Shown here: piece after piece, positions 41,212 to 51,403 of the stretch
Layout: every line of letters begins with the position of its first letter
How positions within the stretch are numbered: the first letter of the stretch is position 1
Origin: Candidatus Anderseniibacteriota bacterium
GTDB lineage: Bacteria; Patescibacteriota; Andersenbacteria; UBA10190
Direction: 5' to 3'
Length of the DNA stretch: 64,000 nt
NCBI GenBank assembly: GCA_016197005.1
Contig: JACPWO010000004.1
Span: 6,305 to 70,304, forward strand
The notes under the pieces: model-generated
The model's input: only the letters and a program-made list of their open reading frames with translations
Database searches by the model: none
What the model was told of the DNA's origin: nothing
Position numbers and translations under genes: made by a program

Positions 41212-41802
41212 ATGGGAATAAAAGCATCTTTCTTCCGTTGGTGGGTAAATGCCTGGCCGCATCGTGTCCGTCTACGTAAATACGTGCCGGAATTTTTGCG
41301 TAGCTCTCCCGAACCCTTTCGGGGTGAAGTGCTGGAACTTGGCGCTGGGCATGGGTGGACGTCACGGAAGATTTTAGAAACTTTCCCGCAAGTTGAGCTA
41401 ACAGCGGTCGATAGCGATTCGGGTGCCGCTAAGGCGTTTGCGCGCCTGGAAGCAAAATATGGTCGTCGCCTCAAAGCATTGCAGGCAGATTTATTTAAAC
41501 TCCCATTTGATCGAGAGTCCTTCGATATTGTTATTGGGATAAATGTTTTTCCATATCTCAAGCCCTACAGTGTGCGCAAAGCAGTCGAGGAGTCACTACG
41601 CGTACTGAGGCCGGGTGGCCTCCTCGGTATTAGCGACTGGGCATTGCTGCAACCAAGTTACAATGTTCGCCGCAAATCACTAGAAGAAATTTTGCGAGAA
41701 GAACACTGTGAAATTTTGAAGGCCACCGGTGCTAGCCCTCGTGCTCTATGGGCACGCAAGCCGTACCCCATTCCGCCTGAATCAGTCACGGTCGAAGAAT
41801 AA
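41212..41802 (+). CDS. Class I SAM-dependent methyltransferase
   Basis: VLELGAGHG, LPFDRESFD, RVLRPGG. Confidence 0.88.
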   Translation: MGIKASFFRWWVNAWPHRVRLRKYVPEFLRSSPEPFRGEVLELGAGHGWTSRKILETFPQVELTAVDSDSGAAKAFARLEAKYGRRLKALQADLFKLPFDRESFDIVIGINVFPYLKPYSVRKAVEESLRVLRPGGLLGISDWALLQPSYNVRRKSLEEILREEHCEILKATGASPRALWARKPYPIPPESVTVEE

Positions 41803-41842
41803 ACCTGTACAAAAAGGGAGAATATAGATATAGTGCGGGGTT

Positions 41843-43351
41843 ATGTCTCGTATTGTCGTCACCGTTTCAAGTCTCGCCGCCCGTCCACCACTTGATGTGG
41901 TGGTAGTACCGGTATATTTCGATCGAAAGATCGCAACTACGCTTCCTAAGGCTCTCGAGAAAATAGTACGAGAGCAAATGCGAAAATTAGAATTTAAGGG
42001 TGGTTGGGGAGCAGCTGAGCTCATTCCAGCACCAGCTGGTCGCATCGCTCCATTTTTGGCATTAGTTGGTATGGGAAAAGAGGAAAGCAATCCTTCCGCA
42101 CAAGCTGAAGCAGTGCGCCGAGCCATGGGAAAAATATTTCAAGATGCTCGGCGTCATGCTTTACGACAGATAGGTGCTCTATTACCAGCCGTTCACAGTT
42201 CGGAAATAGCTATGGCAGTAGTCGAATCGGCCGAGCTTACGAATTACCGTTTTGCGGAACATCGTAAACAATTACAAAAGGATCAAGCCAAGCGCGCCCT
42301 GCGCAAGCTCGTTCTCTTTGCTCCAGAAAAAAATATACCGATCATTCGTCGCGCCGTAACAAATGCACGCACTACACTTGCTGGTGTCACTCTTACTCGT
42401 ACTCTAGTAGATCAACCGGCCGGACATGCTAGCCCTCTTGCTCTGGTAGAAGCAGCCCGAGCAATTGCTCAAGACAGTGAAGATATTTCTCTTACCGTGT
42501 TTGATCGGAAGGAAGCTGCCAAGCGAAAATTTAATGCGTTCTTAGCAGTCGCCCAAGGTTCTATTGAAGAGCCGTACGTTATTCATCTTACTTACAAACA
42601 TCCAGCGCCACTGCGCCGGATTGCGCTCGTTGGTAAAGGCATCACGTTTGATTCGGGAGGATTGTCACTAAAACCAGCTCAACACATGACTGATATGAAA
42701 ATAGATATGGCAGGTGCAGCGACTGTTCTCGGGGTATTTTCTGTTCTGAAGAAATTAAAACTGCCTATTGAAGTGCACGGCATTATTGCGGCTTGTGAGA
42801 ATATGCCATCAGGTAGTGCTTACCGTCCAGGAGATGTGGTCGAGGCAATGAATGGTAAAACAATTGAAATTCAAAATACTGATGCTGAGGGTCGAGTAAC
42901 ATTGGCCGACGCTCTGACGTATGCTTGCCAGCAAAACGTCGATACTGTTATTGATATTGCTACGTTAACTGGAGCTGTTATGGTCGCGCTGGGTGAGACA
43001 CACGCTGGCATGTGGACCAATGACTCGAAGCTGGGAAAAAATCTGTTGCAGTCAGCTAAGCGAGTTGGTGAAGGGCTGGTTGCGTTGCCGTTGCCGGTAG
43101 AATATCGTCCTATGATCCAAAGTACGGTGGCTGATCTAACCAACGCAGCGGGGAATCATCCTGTTGGTGGAGCTATTACTGCCGCTTTGTTCCTCCAAGA
43201 ATTCGTGAAAGGTGTAGCCTGGGCTCATCTTGATGTAGCCGGCCCAGTACATATGCGAAAAGCAATTTTGTCATACTATGCCTCTGGCGCTACCGGTTAT
43301 GGCGTTCGCACACTCGTTGATTTCTTGAAGACAACTGGTAGTCAAGCGTAG
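41843..43351 (+). CDS. pepA: Leucyl aminopeptidase (M17)
   Basis: VGKGITFDSGG, MKIDMAGAA, NTDAEGR. Confidence 0.95.
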   Translation: MSRIVVTVSSLAARPPLDVVVVPVYFDRKIATTLPKALEKIVREQMRKLEFKGGWGAAELIPAPAGRIAPFLALVGMGKEESNPSAQAEAVRRAMGKIFQDARRHALRQIGALLPAVHSSEIAMAVVESAELTNYRFAEHRKQLQKDQAKRALRKLVLFAPEKNIPIIRRAVTNARTTLAGVTLTRTLVDQPAGHASPLALVEAARAIAQDSEDISLTVFDRKEAAKRKFNAFLAVAQGSIEEPYVIHLTYKHPAPLRRIALVGKGITFDSGGLSLKPAQHMTDMKIDMAGAATVLGVFSVLKKLKLPIEVHGIIAACENMPSGSAYRPGDVVEAMNGKTIEIQNTDAEGRVTLADALTYACQQNVDTVIDIATLTGAVMVALGETHAGMWTNDSKLGKNLLQSAKRVGEGLVALPLPVEYRPMIQSTVADLTNAAGNHPVGGAITAALFLQEFVKGVAWAHLDVAGPVHMRKAILSYYASGATGYGVRTLVDFLKTTGSQA

Positions 43352-43391
43352 TTTCCAAAACGCTTAGCTTTTGGGATAGTAAGCAGCAGGT

Positions 43392-44462
43392 ATGCAAGAT
43401 ACTATTCGGCGCAATGTTCCCTTGGCGCCTTTAACCACAATTAACCTGGGCGGGCCAGCTCGTTTTCTTGTCGTGTGCAAAAACGAAGAGGATATTCGTC
43501 GTGCTCTAGCACTATCTCACCAAGAAAACGTTCCTCTCCATATTTTAGGCGGGGGAAGCAACACTGTATTTGCCGACGAAGGATTTCAAGGCGTCGTTGC
43601 GAAGATAGAACTTAAGGGCCTTACCTTTACGGAAGAAAATGAAACTGTACTTGTATCTGCAGCGGCGGGAGAAGTATGGGACGAAGTTGTTCAGGCGTCT
43701 CTAGCAAAGGGGTTGGCGGGTATTGAATGTCTGTCGGGTATTCCGGGATTAGTAGGGGCTACTCCTATGCAGAATGTTGGTGCATACGGACAAGATGTAG
43801 CGGAAACAATTGAAGACGTTACGACGATTGATCGTAGAACCGGGAAGTCAGTAACGTTTACAAATGCAGCATGTACATTTGCTTACCGGGTTAGTCGATT
43901 CAAAAAAGAAGATCTAGGTACCTACATTGTTACCAATGTTCGGTTTCGGCTGCGTCGAGATGCAGTACCAACGATTCGTTATCCACAAGTCCAGGCACAG
44001 TTGGAAAAAATGTATGGCACAGTCGATATAGGTACAGGACAGGAAGCTTTAGAGAAAGTGCGAGAGACGGTACTGCACCTGCGCCGGAGCAAGTCAATGG
44101 TAGTTAATCCATCTGATCCTCACTCTCGCTCGTGTGGTTCTTTCTTTACTAATCCCATTATTTCCGCCGAAAAAGCTAAATTGGTGCAAGCAACACAATC
44201 AGGACAGCAAGGATATACGGTCAAAGGAGGCGTGAAAATGTCAGCTGCGTGGTTGGTTGAGCAGGCCGGCTTTGCGCGCGGTCAGCGTTTTGGAAATGTT
44301 GGTATTTCACCGAATCATTCACTGGCTTTAGTGAATTATGGTGGAACGACCAAGGAGCTCTTAGCAGTAGCAACTACGATTCAAAAAAAAGTGAAAGAAC
44401 TTTTTGATATTACGCTTGAATTGGAACCAGTGGCGGTATTACCTCATAATTCGGTACAGTAA
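43392..44462 (+). CDS. murB: UDP-N-acetylmuramate dehydrogenase
   Basis: LGGGSN, GIPGLVGA, QNVGAYG, GSFFTNP, LELEP. Confidence 0.95.
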   Translation: MQDTIRRNVPLAPLTTINLGGPARFLVVCKNEEDIRRALALSHQENVPLHILGGGSNTVFADEGFQGVVAKIELKGLTFTEENETVLVSAAAGEVWDEVVQASLAKGLAGIECLSGIPGLVGATPMQNVGAYGQDVAETIEDVTTIDRRTGKSVTFTNAACTFAYRVSRFKKEDLGTYIVTNVRFRLRRDAVPTIRYPQVQAQLEKMYGTVDIGTGQEALEKVRETVLHLRRSKSMVVNPSDPHSRSCGSFFTNPIISAEKAKLVQATQSGQQGYTVKGGVKMSAAWLVEQAGFARGQRFGNVGISPNHSLALVNYGGTTKELLAVATTIQKKVKELFDITLELEPVAVLPHNSVQ

Positions 44463-44466
44463 CGAT

Positions 44467-45228
44467 ATGTCTGCTGAAAAAACAATGTTTGCTGCTGAGG
44501 TTAAGAATCTCACGGTAGATATTAATAGTCATCGTGTTGTGAGTGATGTCTCTTTTACTGTGCCGGTAGGATCAACCACGGCAATCATTGGCCCGAACGG
44601 TGCTGGTAAGTCAGTCTTATTAAAAGCGCTACTGCGACTTCTGCCCAAAACATCGGGGGATGTGAAAATATTTGGCATTCCTCACGAAAATTACAAAGAA
44701 ATAGCCCCCCTCATATCGTACATTCCACAGCGCCTCGCTTTTGATGATCATTTTCCGCTCACGGTAAAGGGATTATTTGAACTTAAGTCGCCACGTCCCA
44801 TCGGAATGTCAGTCAGTGAGCGAACACGCATGGAAGAAGTACTCGAACTTGTCAGCATGCGCACACATTTGCATGAGCGTTTGTCTGAATTGTCTGGTGG
44901 ACAGCTGCAGCGTGTCCTTATCGCCTACAGTTTAACTGATCACCCGAAATTACTATTCTTAGACGAACCATCAGCGGGAATTGATGTTCAAGGACAAGAA
45001 ACTATTTATGCTCTGCTTGATCGTATTCGGCAGGAAGAGAAGTTAACCATGGTACTCATCAGTCACGAATTAGAAATTATTATGCAGTATGCAGATCAGG
45101 TGCTGTGTTTAAATCAGCGACTACTGTGCGCAGGGGCGCCACAGCATGTTCTGACGGATGATTTATTAAAAGAAATGTACGGTACGGGAGTAGAAAGATA
45201 CGAACATAGTCACCCTCACCATGATTGA
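44467..45228 (+). CDS. Zn/Mn ABC transporter ATPase (ZnuC-like)
   Basis: GPNGAGKS, LSGGQLQR, LDEP; His-rich tail. Confidence 0.9.
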   Translation: MSAEKTMFAAEVKNLTVDINSHRVVSDVSFTVPVGSTTAIIGPNGAGKSVLLKALLRLLPKTSGDVKIFGIPHENYKEIAPLISYIPQRLAFDDHFPLTVKGLFELKSPRPIGMSVSERTRMEEVLELVSMRTHLHERLSELSGGQLQRVLIAYSLTDHPKLLFLDEPSAGIDVQGQETIYALLDRIRQEEKLTMVLISHELEIIMQYADQVLCLNQRLLCAGAPQHVLTDDLLKEMYGTGVERYEHSHPHHD

Positions 45229-46030
45229 AATTTTGACATTACCTTTTTTTCAGCGAGCCCTTCTGGTCGGACTCATGCTCGGCAGCATGATGGCAGTGTT
45301 TGGTGTGCTTGTATTGTTGCGACGCATGTCATTTTTTGCGGACGCTATTGGTCACTCGGCACTAGCTGGTATTGCTATTGGGTTACTAGTCGGCATAGAT
45401 CCATTTGTGGGTGGGTTAGTATTTGCGGTTGCAGTAGCTCTTGGGATTGCCGGCGTTCGTCGTATTTCTACACTGCCACTTGATACCCTCTTAGCAGTTT
45501 TCTTTTCAGCGTCAGTTGCGCTCGGGGTTGTTCTCATTACCTTATCTCCCGGGTACCAAGCTGACCTTATTTCTTTCCTATTTGGTAACATTCTAACGGT
45601 TACCAATGCTGATGTCGTACTCAGTTTTGGCATGATGATCATAACTGGTGGAGTACTTCTGTGGGTGGGAAAGGGATTAGTAGCAATTGCGCTTGATGCA
45701 TCACTAGCCAAAGCCGAAGGCGTCCCAGTAGGACGATATGAATTATTACTTTTGATATTACTGGCCGTTACGATTGCGTTATCTATAAAGGTAGTGGGTA
45801 TTGTGTTAGTTACCGCCCTTCTTATTATTCCAGCTGCAGCCGCACATAACATTTCTCGTTCGCTTGCCGGAATGTTTGGTTGGTCCGTTGTTGTTAGTAT
45901 TGTTTCGGTAGTAGTAGGGTTGCTTGCTAGTGCCGTACTAGATACTCCATCAGGACCAACGATTGTGCTGACTGGTTCAATTATCTTTGCTATTTCGCTT
46001 GTTACCCGTCGATTGAGTGGGACTGCGTAG
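45221..46030 (+). CDS. Zn/Mn ABC transporter permease (ZnuB-like)
   Basis: RRMSFFADAIGHSALAG, LFGNIL, PSGPTIV. Confidence 0.9.
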   Translation: MIEILTLPFFQRALLVGLMLGSMMAVFGVLVLLRRMSFFADAIGHSALAGIAIGLLVGIDPFVGGLVFAVAVALGIAGVRRISTLPLDTLLAVFFSASVALGVVLITLSPGYQADLISFLFGNILTVTNADVVLSFGMMIITGGVLLWVGKGLVAIALDASLAKAEGVPVGRYELLLLILLAVTIALSIKVVGIVLVTALLIIPAAAAHNISRSLAGMFGWSVVVSIVSVVVGLLASAVLDTPSGPTIVLTGSIIFAISLVTRRLSGTA

Positions 46031-46066
46031 TTTGTAGGTCAGAATTTCTTCCAATCAACGTGACAA

Positions 46067-48067
46067 TTATTTACCATTCTTTACTCTTCGCTTCCGAAGT
46101 TTTTGAATGTTATCCCGAAGTTTAGCCGCTTTCTCGAACTCAAGGTTTTGAGCAGCGATCTGCATCTTGTTTTTAAGTGTCTTCACGGCCCGCTCAATTT
46201 CCTCGGGCGGAATTTCATCAATGTCTATATCTTCGGCTTCCTTCTCCTTTTCTGCGCCCATGATACCGTAGCGAATTGCCTTTGAAATAGTTGTCGGCGT
46301 AACACCGTGCTCAGTATTGTATTTCTCTTGAATGCTGCGACGACGCTGGGTTTCATCGATCGCGGCTTTCATAGAGCCGGTAATCGTATTGGCGTACATA
46401 ATAACTTTACCTTCTGAATGTCGAGCCGCTCGACCCATCGTTTGAATGAGGGCAGTCTGCGAACGTAGGTATCCTTCCTTGTCTGCATCCATAATGGCAA
46501 CTAAAGATACTTCCGGTAAATCTAATCCTTCCCGCAAAAGGTTAATGCCGACAAGCACGTCGTAGGTGCCGCTGCGGAGACTGCGGAGAATATCCAGCCG
46601 TTCAAAAGTATCTATGTCTGAGTGGAGATACGCTGCTTTGGTACCGGTTTCTACTAAATAGGTAGCGAGCTCTTCCGCCATTCGTTTGGTAAGTGTAGTC
46701 ACAAGTACGCGTTGTTTACTCGCAATACGCTCTTTAATTTGATCCATGACGTCGTCGACCTGATGATCAGTCGGTTTAATTTCAATGAGGGGATCAAGTA
46801 AACCGGTGGGGCGAACGATAAGTTCAACTGTCTTTTTGCTGGTGTTTTGTTCGTATTTTGCTGGGGTCGCGGAGACAAATACTGTTTGGGAAATGCGGTC
46901 TTCAAATTCATGAAACTTAAGAGGTCGGTTATCAGCCGCGGATGGGAGACGGAAACCATGCTCAATGAGGCTCTTCTTACGAGCAGAATCTCCGCCGTAC
47001 ATAGCCGAAACCTGAGGGATAGTCATATGGGATTCATCAATAAAAGTAAGAAAATTTTTACCGAAGCTGTGAGTAAAATAATCAATAAGAGTAGAAGGAG
47101 GTTCTCCTGGGGCTCTCCCATCTAAGTGGCGAGAGTAGTTCTCAATGCCGGACACATATCCTAGGTGTTCAAGCATTTCGAGGTCGTACGTTGCGCGCTG
47201 GGCAATGCGCTGTGCTTCAACTTCTTTGCCGATTTTCTTAAAGTGCTGAATTTGCTCGGCAAGTTCTATGCGAATACTGTCCATGGCTCGATTGCGTTGT
47301 TCGAGGCTGGCAATGAAAAAGGTGGCGGGGAAGATAGAGATTGGCTCATCCGGTGTCGCGTTTTTTATTTTATGTCCCGTTAAGGAATCAAGAATAGTGA
47401 CGGAATCAATAACTGCTCCAAAGAATTCAACCCGCACTAAATGATCCTCACCGGCAGGGAAAATATCTACAACATCTCCGCGTACACGAAAATCTCCACG
47501 TGAAGGATCAAGGTCATCGCGGTTATATTGCAGTCGAGTAAGTTCCAGGAGTAATTGCTGACGTGACATGACAGCGCCTTTCGTGAGTCCAATTCGCCAG
47601 TCGGTATATACGGAAGGTGCTCCCAATCCGTAAATACAAGAAACTGAAGCCACCACGATTGTATCCGGCCGAGTTAAGATTGCTTCCATCGCCGCGTGAC
47701 GGAGTCGATCAATTTCATCGTTAATACTGGAGTCTTTGGCAATGTACGTGTCAGTACGAGGGATATATGCCTCCGGCTGGTAATAGTCGTAATAGGAAAC
47801 GAAGTACTGCACAGAGTTTTCCGGGAAGAATTCTTTTAACTCTTCAGCGAGTTGAGCTGCTAGTGTCTTGTTGTGACTAATAACAAGGGCAGGTCGTTGT
47901 GTTTTCGCTATGACTGAAGCCATGACGTACGTTTTTCCGCTACCGGTCACTCCAAGCAGCGTCTGTTTAGGTATGCCTGACTCAATCCCTTCGGATAAGG
48001 TAGTAATTGCCTTCGGTTGATCACCCGCCGGCTCAAAAGGGGACTTTAATATGAATTTTTTAGCCAT
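46067..48067 (-). CDS. uvrB: Excinuclease ABC subunit B
   Basis: GVTGSGKT, YYDYYQPEAY, INLLREGLDLPEV, C-terminal UVR domain. Confidence 0.98.
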   Translation of the reverse strand: MAKKFILKSPFEPAGDQPKAITTLSEGIESGIPKQTLLGVTGSGKTYVMASVIAKTQRPALVISHNKTLAAQLAEELKEFFPENSVQYFVSYYDYYQPEAYIPRTDTYIAKDSSINDEIDRLRHAAMEAILTRPDTIVVASVSCIYGLGAPSVYTDWRIGLTKGAVMSRQQLLLELTRLQYNRDDLDPSRGDFRVRGDVVDIFPAGEDHLVRVEFFGAVIDSVTILDSLTGHKIKNATPDEPISIFPATFFIASLEQRNRAMDSIRIELAEQIQHFKKIGKEVEAQRIAQRATYDLEMLEHLGYVSGIENYSRHLDGRAPGEPPSTLIDYFTHSFGKNFLTFIDESHMTIPQVSAMYGGDSARKKSLIEHGFRLPSAADNRPLKFHEFEDRISQTVFVSATPAKYEQNTSKKTVELIVRPTGLLDPLIEIKPTDHQVDDVMDQIKERIASKQRVLVTTLTKRMAEELATYLVETGTKAAYLHSDIDTFERLDILRSLRSGTYDVLVGINLLREGLDLPEVSLVAIMDADKEGYLRSQTALIQTMGRAARHSEGKVIMYANTITGSMKAAIDETQRRRSIQEKYNTEHGVTPTTISKAIRYGIMGAEKEKEAEDIDIDEIPPEEIERAVKTLKNKMQIAAQNLEFEKAAKLRDNIQKLRKRRVKNGK

Positions 48068-48104
48068 ACTGTTCGCTTTACGGTTTTCGTTTTACTCTTT
48101 CACT

Positions 48105-48668
48105 ATGATTGCGAGGATAACAGGAACAGTAGTTGAACGCGAGGAAAAAGCGATTATCGTCTCGGCCAGTGGTATTGGCTATCGTGTAGCCGTGGGTAAA
48201 GCGGTTTTAGAAGCGGTACATGAGGGAGAAGAGGTTATACTGCGTATTTACCACCACATTACCCAGGACAAGCAAGATCTCTATGGTTTTATTGAGTCTG
48301 CTGAAGAAAAGTATTTTCGTCTGTTGCTAGACGTGCCATCAGTCGGTCCTCGAACCGCCCGTAACATATTAGATGCCGCTACTCCCGCTATTCTCGAGCA
48401 AGCAGTCGCGGAAGACGACGTTACCCTACTCACGAAAGTCTCTGGTGTAGGGAAGCGAACGGCCGAGCGCGTCCTTATTGAACTCAAAGCTCGTATTAAG
48501 CAGCCAAAGAAAACAAGAGCAACTGGTGTGGTGCAAGAGCAAGCGATTGAAGCACTCATCTCAATTGGGTTTGCGCCCTCGCAAGCACGAGTAGTGGTGG
48601 GTAAATTACCTAAATCTGTAAAGACTGTTGAAGAGGCGGTGAAGCAGGCGCTTCGGCAGAAAGCATAG
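48105..48668 (+). CDS. ruvA: Holliday junction branch migration protein RuvA
   Basis: MIARITG, LYGF, VGPRTA, GVGKRTAER. Confidence 0.95.
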   Translation: MIARITGTVVEREEKAIIVSASGIGYRVAVGKAVLEAVHEGEEVILRIYHHITQDKQDLYGFIESAEEKYFRLLLDVPSVGPRTARNILDAATPAILEQAVAEDDVTLLTKVSGVGKRTAERVLIELKARIKQPKKTRATGVVQEQAIEALISIGFAPSQARVVVGKLPKSVKTVEEAVKQALRQKA

Positions 48669-48673
48669 GGCTC

Positions 48674-49705
48674 ATGAATATTCGGCTGGCGCAGGAACAT
48701 GATAAGGAAAAGTGGAATCAGTTTGTCTTTCGTGTACCAACTGGGTCCGTTTTACAGTCGTGGCAATGGGGGCAAATGCAGGAGTTACTGGGAACTTCAC
48801 ATTGGCGATATGTTATGGAAGATGGTGGGACTATTGTTGGTGTTTTTTTAGCAATACAGCGTGAGCTACCTTTGGGAAGAAGTTGGTTGTATGTGCCGCG
48901 AGGACCGGTCATGCAAGCATATGAAGAAAGGAACTGGCCCGCTGTCCAGGATGTACTGACAGAGCTGGCGAAGAAAGAGAAAGCTATTTTTGTGCGTATT
49001 GATCCTTTCCTCGAAGAAAGCCAAAAGCCCTTTTTCTTAAAAAATACGTCAGAAAAATCCTTGTGGCGCAAAAGCGAGCGAGAAGTACAGCCTCGCCATA
49101 CCCTCATTCTTTCTCTTCAGCCAACTGAAGAAGAGCTGCTGGCGCAAATGCACTCCAAGACTCGCTATAATATCCGTTTGGCACAGCGCAAAGAGGTACA
49201 AATCCGCTTTTCTACCTCACTGAACGATATTGATCTGTTTTTGCAGCTTGCTCAAGAAGTTACCAAGCGAACAGGCTTTCATTACCATCCAGATAACTAT
49301 TACCGCGCGATGCTCTCCGTCTTAGTTCCGGATGGAATGTTCGAAGTGGCAATAGCCGAGTACAAAGAACAGCCAGTAGCTGTCCACTTAATGTCGTACG
49401 CTGGAAAGACTGCAACGTACATTCACGGGGCAAGTTCCCACGCTCATCGTTCAACGATGGCGCCGCAATTGTTGTACTGGGAAACAATTCGTCGCGCGAA
49501 ATCTAAGGGAATGGAGTTGTATGATTTCTTTGGGGTCGCTCCACAAGATGCATCAGCAGATCATCCTTGGTCAGGTATTACGCGCGTGAAGCAAGGTTTT
49601 GGTGGAACGTATGAGTCATACATTGGTGCGTACGACTTTATTGTTAGTGACAATATGTATGAACTGTTTAATACTACTCGGCGCGTGTGGGGATTATTCC
49701 GATAA
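48674..49705 (+). CDS. FemABX-family peptidoglycan bridge peptidyltransferase
   Basis: LQSWQWG, YVPRGP, KTRYNIRLA, YDFFG. Confidence 0.9.
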   Translation: MNIRLAQEHDKEKWNQFVFRVPTGSVLQSWQWGQMQELLGTSHWRYVMEDGGTIVGVFLAIQRELPLGRSWLYVPRGPVMQAYEERNWPAVQDVLTELAKKEKAIFVRIDPFLEESQKPFFLKNTSEKSLWRKSEREVQPRHTLILSLQPTEEELLAQMHSKTRYNIRLAQRKEVQIRFSTSLNDIDLFLQLAQEVTKRTGFHYHPDNYYRAMLSVLVPDGMFEVAIAEYKEQPVAVHLMSYAGKTATYIHGASSHAHRSTMAPQLLYWETIRRAKSKGMELYDFFGVAPQDASADHPWSGITRVKQGFGGTYESYIGAYDFIVSDNMYELFNTTRRVWGLFR

Positions 49706-49711
49706 ACATAT

Positions 49712-50914
49712 ATGTTTGGACGACTCTACCAACAATTAAAAAACATCTACCATTTTTTTCAGGCTCATCTTTGGCGAACTGTGTATGGTCGTCCAGATAA
49801 GGCATTGCACCTCTACGGTGTAACCGGTACAAACGGGAAAACAACTACCTGCCATATGGTCGCCGGTATTCTGGCTGCTGAATATGGAGCAGAGAAGGTG
49901 GGAATGCTTACCACTATTAATGTGCGGCTCGGTACAACAGAAAATGTAAACGAAACAAAACTAACTACCTTACCGAGTAAGCTCGTATATTCTTACCTGA
50001 GACAAATGAAAGATGCTGGTCTTACCCACGCCGTCCTCGAGATGACTTCCCACGCCCTTGATCAGCATCGTCTAGCAGGCCTGCAGCTTGATGGGGCGAT
50101 TATTACTAATATTGAGCGCGAGCATCTGAATTATCATCGAACAATGGAAGAATATACGAGGACAAAATTACGCATAACTGGCTATCTAAAGCCGAAATCT
50201 CCTTTTGTATACAAAAGTGATGATGAGTGGATCGCAAAAGGAATCTCCTCTTTACTTGGTCTCAAAGACCGTCTTCGTTTCATTCCGTTTACCACCGCTG
50301 AAGCTAAGGAAGTTACAACCCCAATGGCAGGGAGCGTAAATCAAGAAAATGCACTTTCCGCTAGTAAGCTTGCGGCGGCACTTGGTGTTTCTTCTTCAGT
50401 AATACAGCGTGGCATAGGAACCGTCCGTTACGTCCCGGGGCGAATGGAAGAAGTAAAAAATAATCGGGGACTGCGAATAATTATTGACTATGCAGTTACG
50501 CCAGCAGCGCTTGATCGCTTGTATCACGATGCAAAAGGAAAAACATCGGGCAAAGTTTTTGCATTGCTTGGCGCGGCGGGGCTACGTGATCGTGGTAAGC
50601 GCGCGGATATGGCAAAAATAGTTGCTTCCTACACTGACCTCCTCGTTATTACTCGCGAAGATCCGTGGACAGAGCCGGAAGAACAAATATTCCAGGATTT
50701 AGAAAAAGGATTACAAGATACCAAAACAAAATGGCAACGAATTATTGATCGTCGCGCGGCGATTGAATTTTTGTTAGCGCAAGCTCACAGTGGTGACACA
50801 GTTGTGGTAACCGGAAAAGGTGCGGAGACAGGGATGGGCGTGGGAAAAGATATAATTCCGTGGAGTGATAAGAAAATAATTCAAGAAAGTTTACAAAAAC
50901 TATATGACGGATAA
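49712..50914 (+). CDS. murE: Mur ligase (MurE-like)
   Basis: GVTGTNGKTTT, EMTSHAL, PGRME, IDYA, GKGAE. Confidence 0.85.
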   Translation: MFGRLYQQLKNIYHFFQAHLWRTVYGRPDKALHLYGVTGTNGKTTTCHMVAGILAAEYGAEKVGMLTTINVRLGTTENVNETKLTTLPSKLVYSYLRQMKDAGLTHAVLEMTSHALDQHRLAGLQLDGAIITNIEREHLNYHRTMEEYTRTKLRITGYLKPKSPFVYKSDDEWIAKGISSLLGLKDRLRFIPFTTAEAKEVTTPMAGSVNQENALSASKLAAALGVSSSVIQRGIGTVRYVPGRMEEVKNNRGLRIIIDYAVTPAALDRLYHDAKGKTSGKVFALLGAAGLRDRGKRADMAKIVASYTDLLVITREDPWTEPEEQIFQDLEKGLQDTKTKWQRIIDRRAAIEFLLAQAHSGDTVVVTGKGAETGMGVGKDIIPWSDKKIIQESLQKLYDG

Positions 50915-51191
50915 GATAACGCTCAAGATTAATACCGCCACCGGAGAAGCTACTGCTACCCTCCTTCGTGGGACAAATGTTTTAGCTGAGCGAACTTGGC
51001 CGAATGATGCCCATACCGGTTCAAAGCTATTGGAGGCAATTGAGCAGTTGCTGACCAGCCAAAACCTAACCTTGGAAGCGGTAGATGTAATAGAGGTACA
51101 CCGAGGGCCCGGGGGTTTTTCGTCGCTGCGGGCAGGGATTGTGACAGCTGAAATACTTCGTTTCGCCTTAAATACTGAAGGTTCGAGGTAA
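50904..51191 (+). CDS. tsaB: Short TsaB-like protein
   Basis: INTAT...GPGGFSSLRAG; N-terminal domain only. Confidence 0.75.
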   Translation: MTDKITLKINTATGEATATLLRGTNVLAERTWPNDAHTGSKLLEAIEQLLTSQNLTLEAVDVIEVHRGPGGFSSLRAGIVTAEILRFALNTEGSR

Positions 51192-51240
51192 AAAAGGGGT
51201 ACTAATGTGGAAAACTAATCTTGAATTTTGCCAAATCCGC

Positions 51241-51269
51241 TTGACAAGATTAGACCCCTCTTCTAAGCT
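51241..51269 (+). promoter_or_regulatory. rpoBC promoter
   Basis: TTGACA-17 nt-TAAGCT. Confidence 0.7.
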
Positions 51270-51403
51270 TCCTATTATCGTCTTTTGACGAGTAGGAACT
51301 GTGTGCATCAATCAATTTGACTGAAAAAGGAGTAGACCGGATAGCCAGAGGGAGCTAGCCGGGCGTTGTTTTGTAAATTACGCAAATATTTTTTTATTTA
51401 TAT

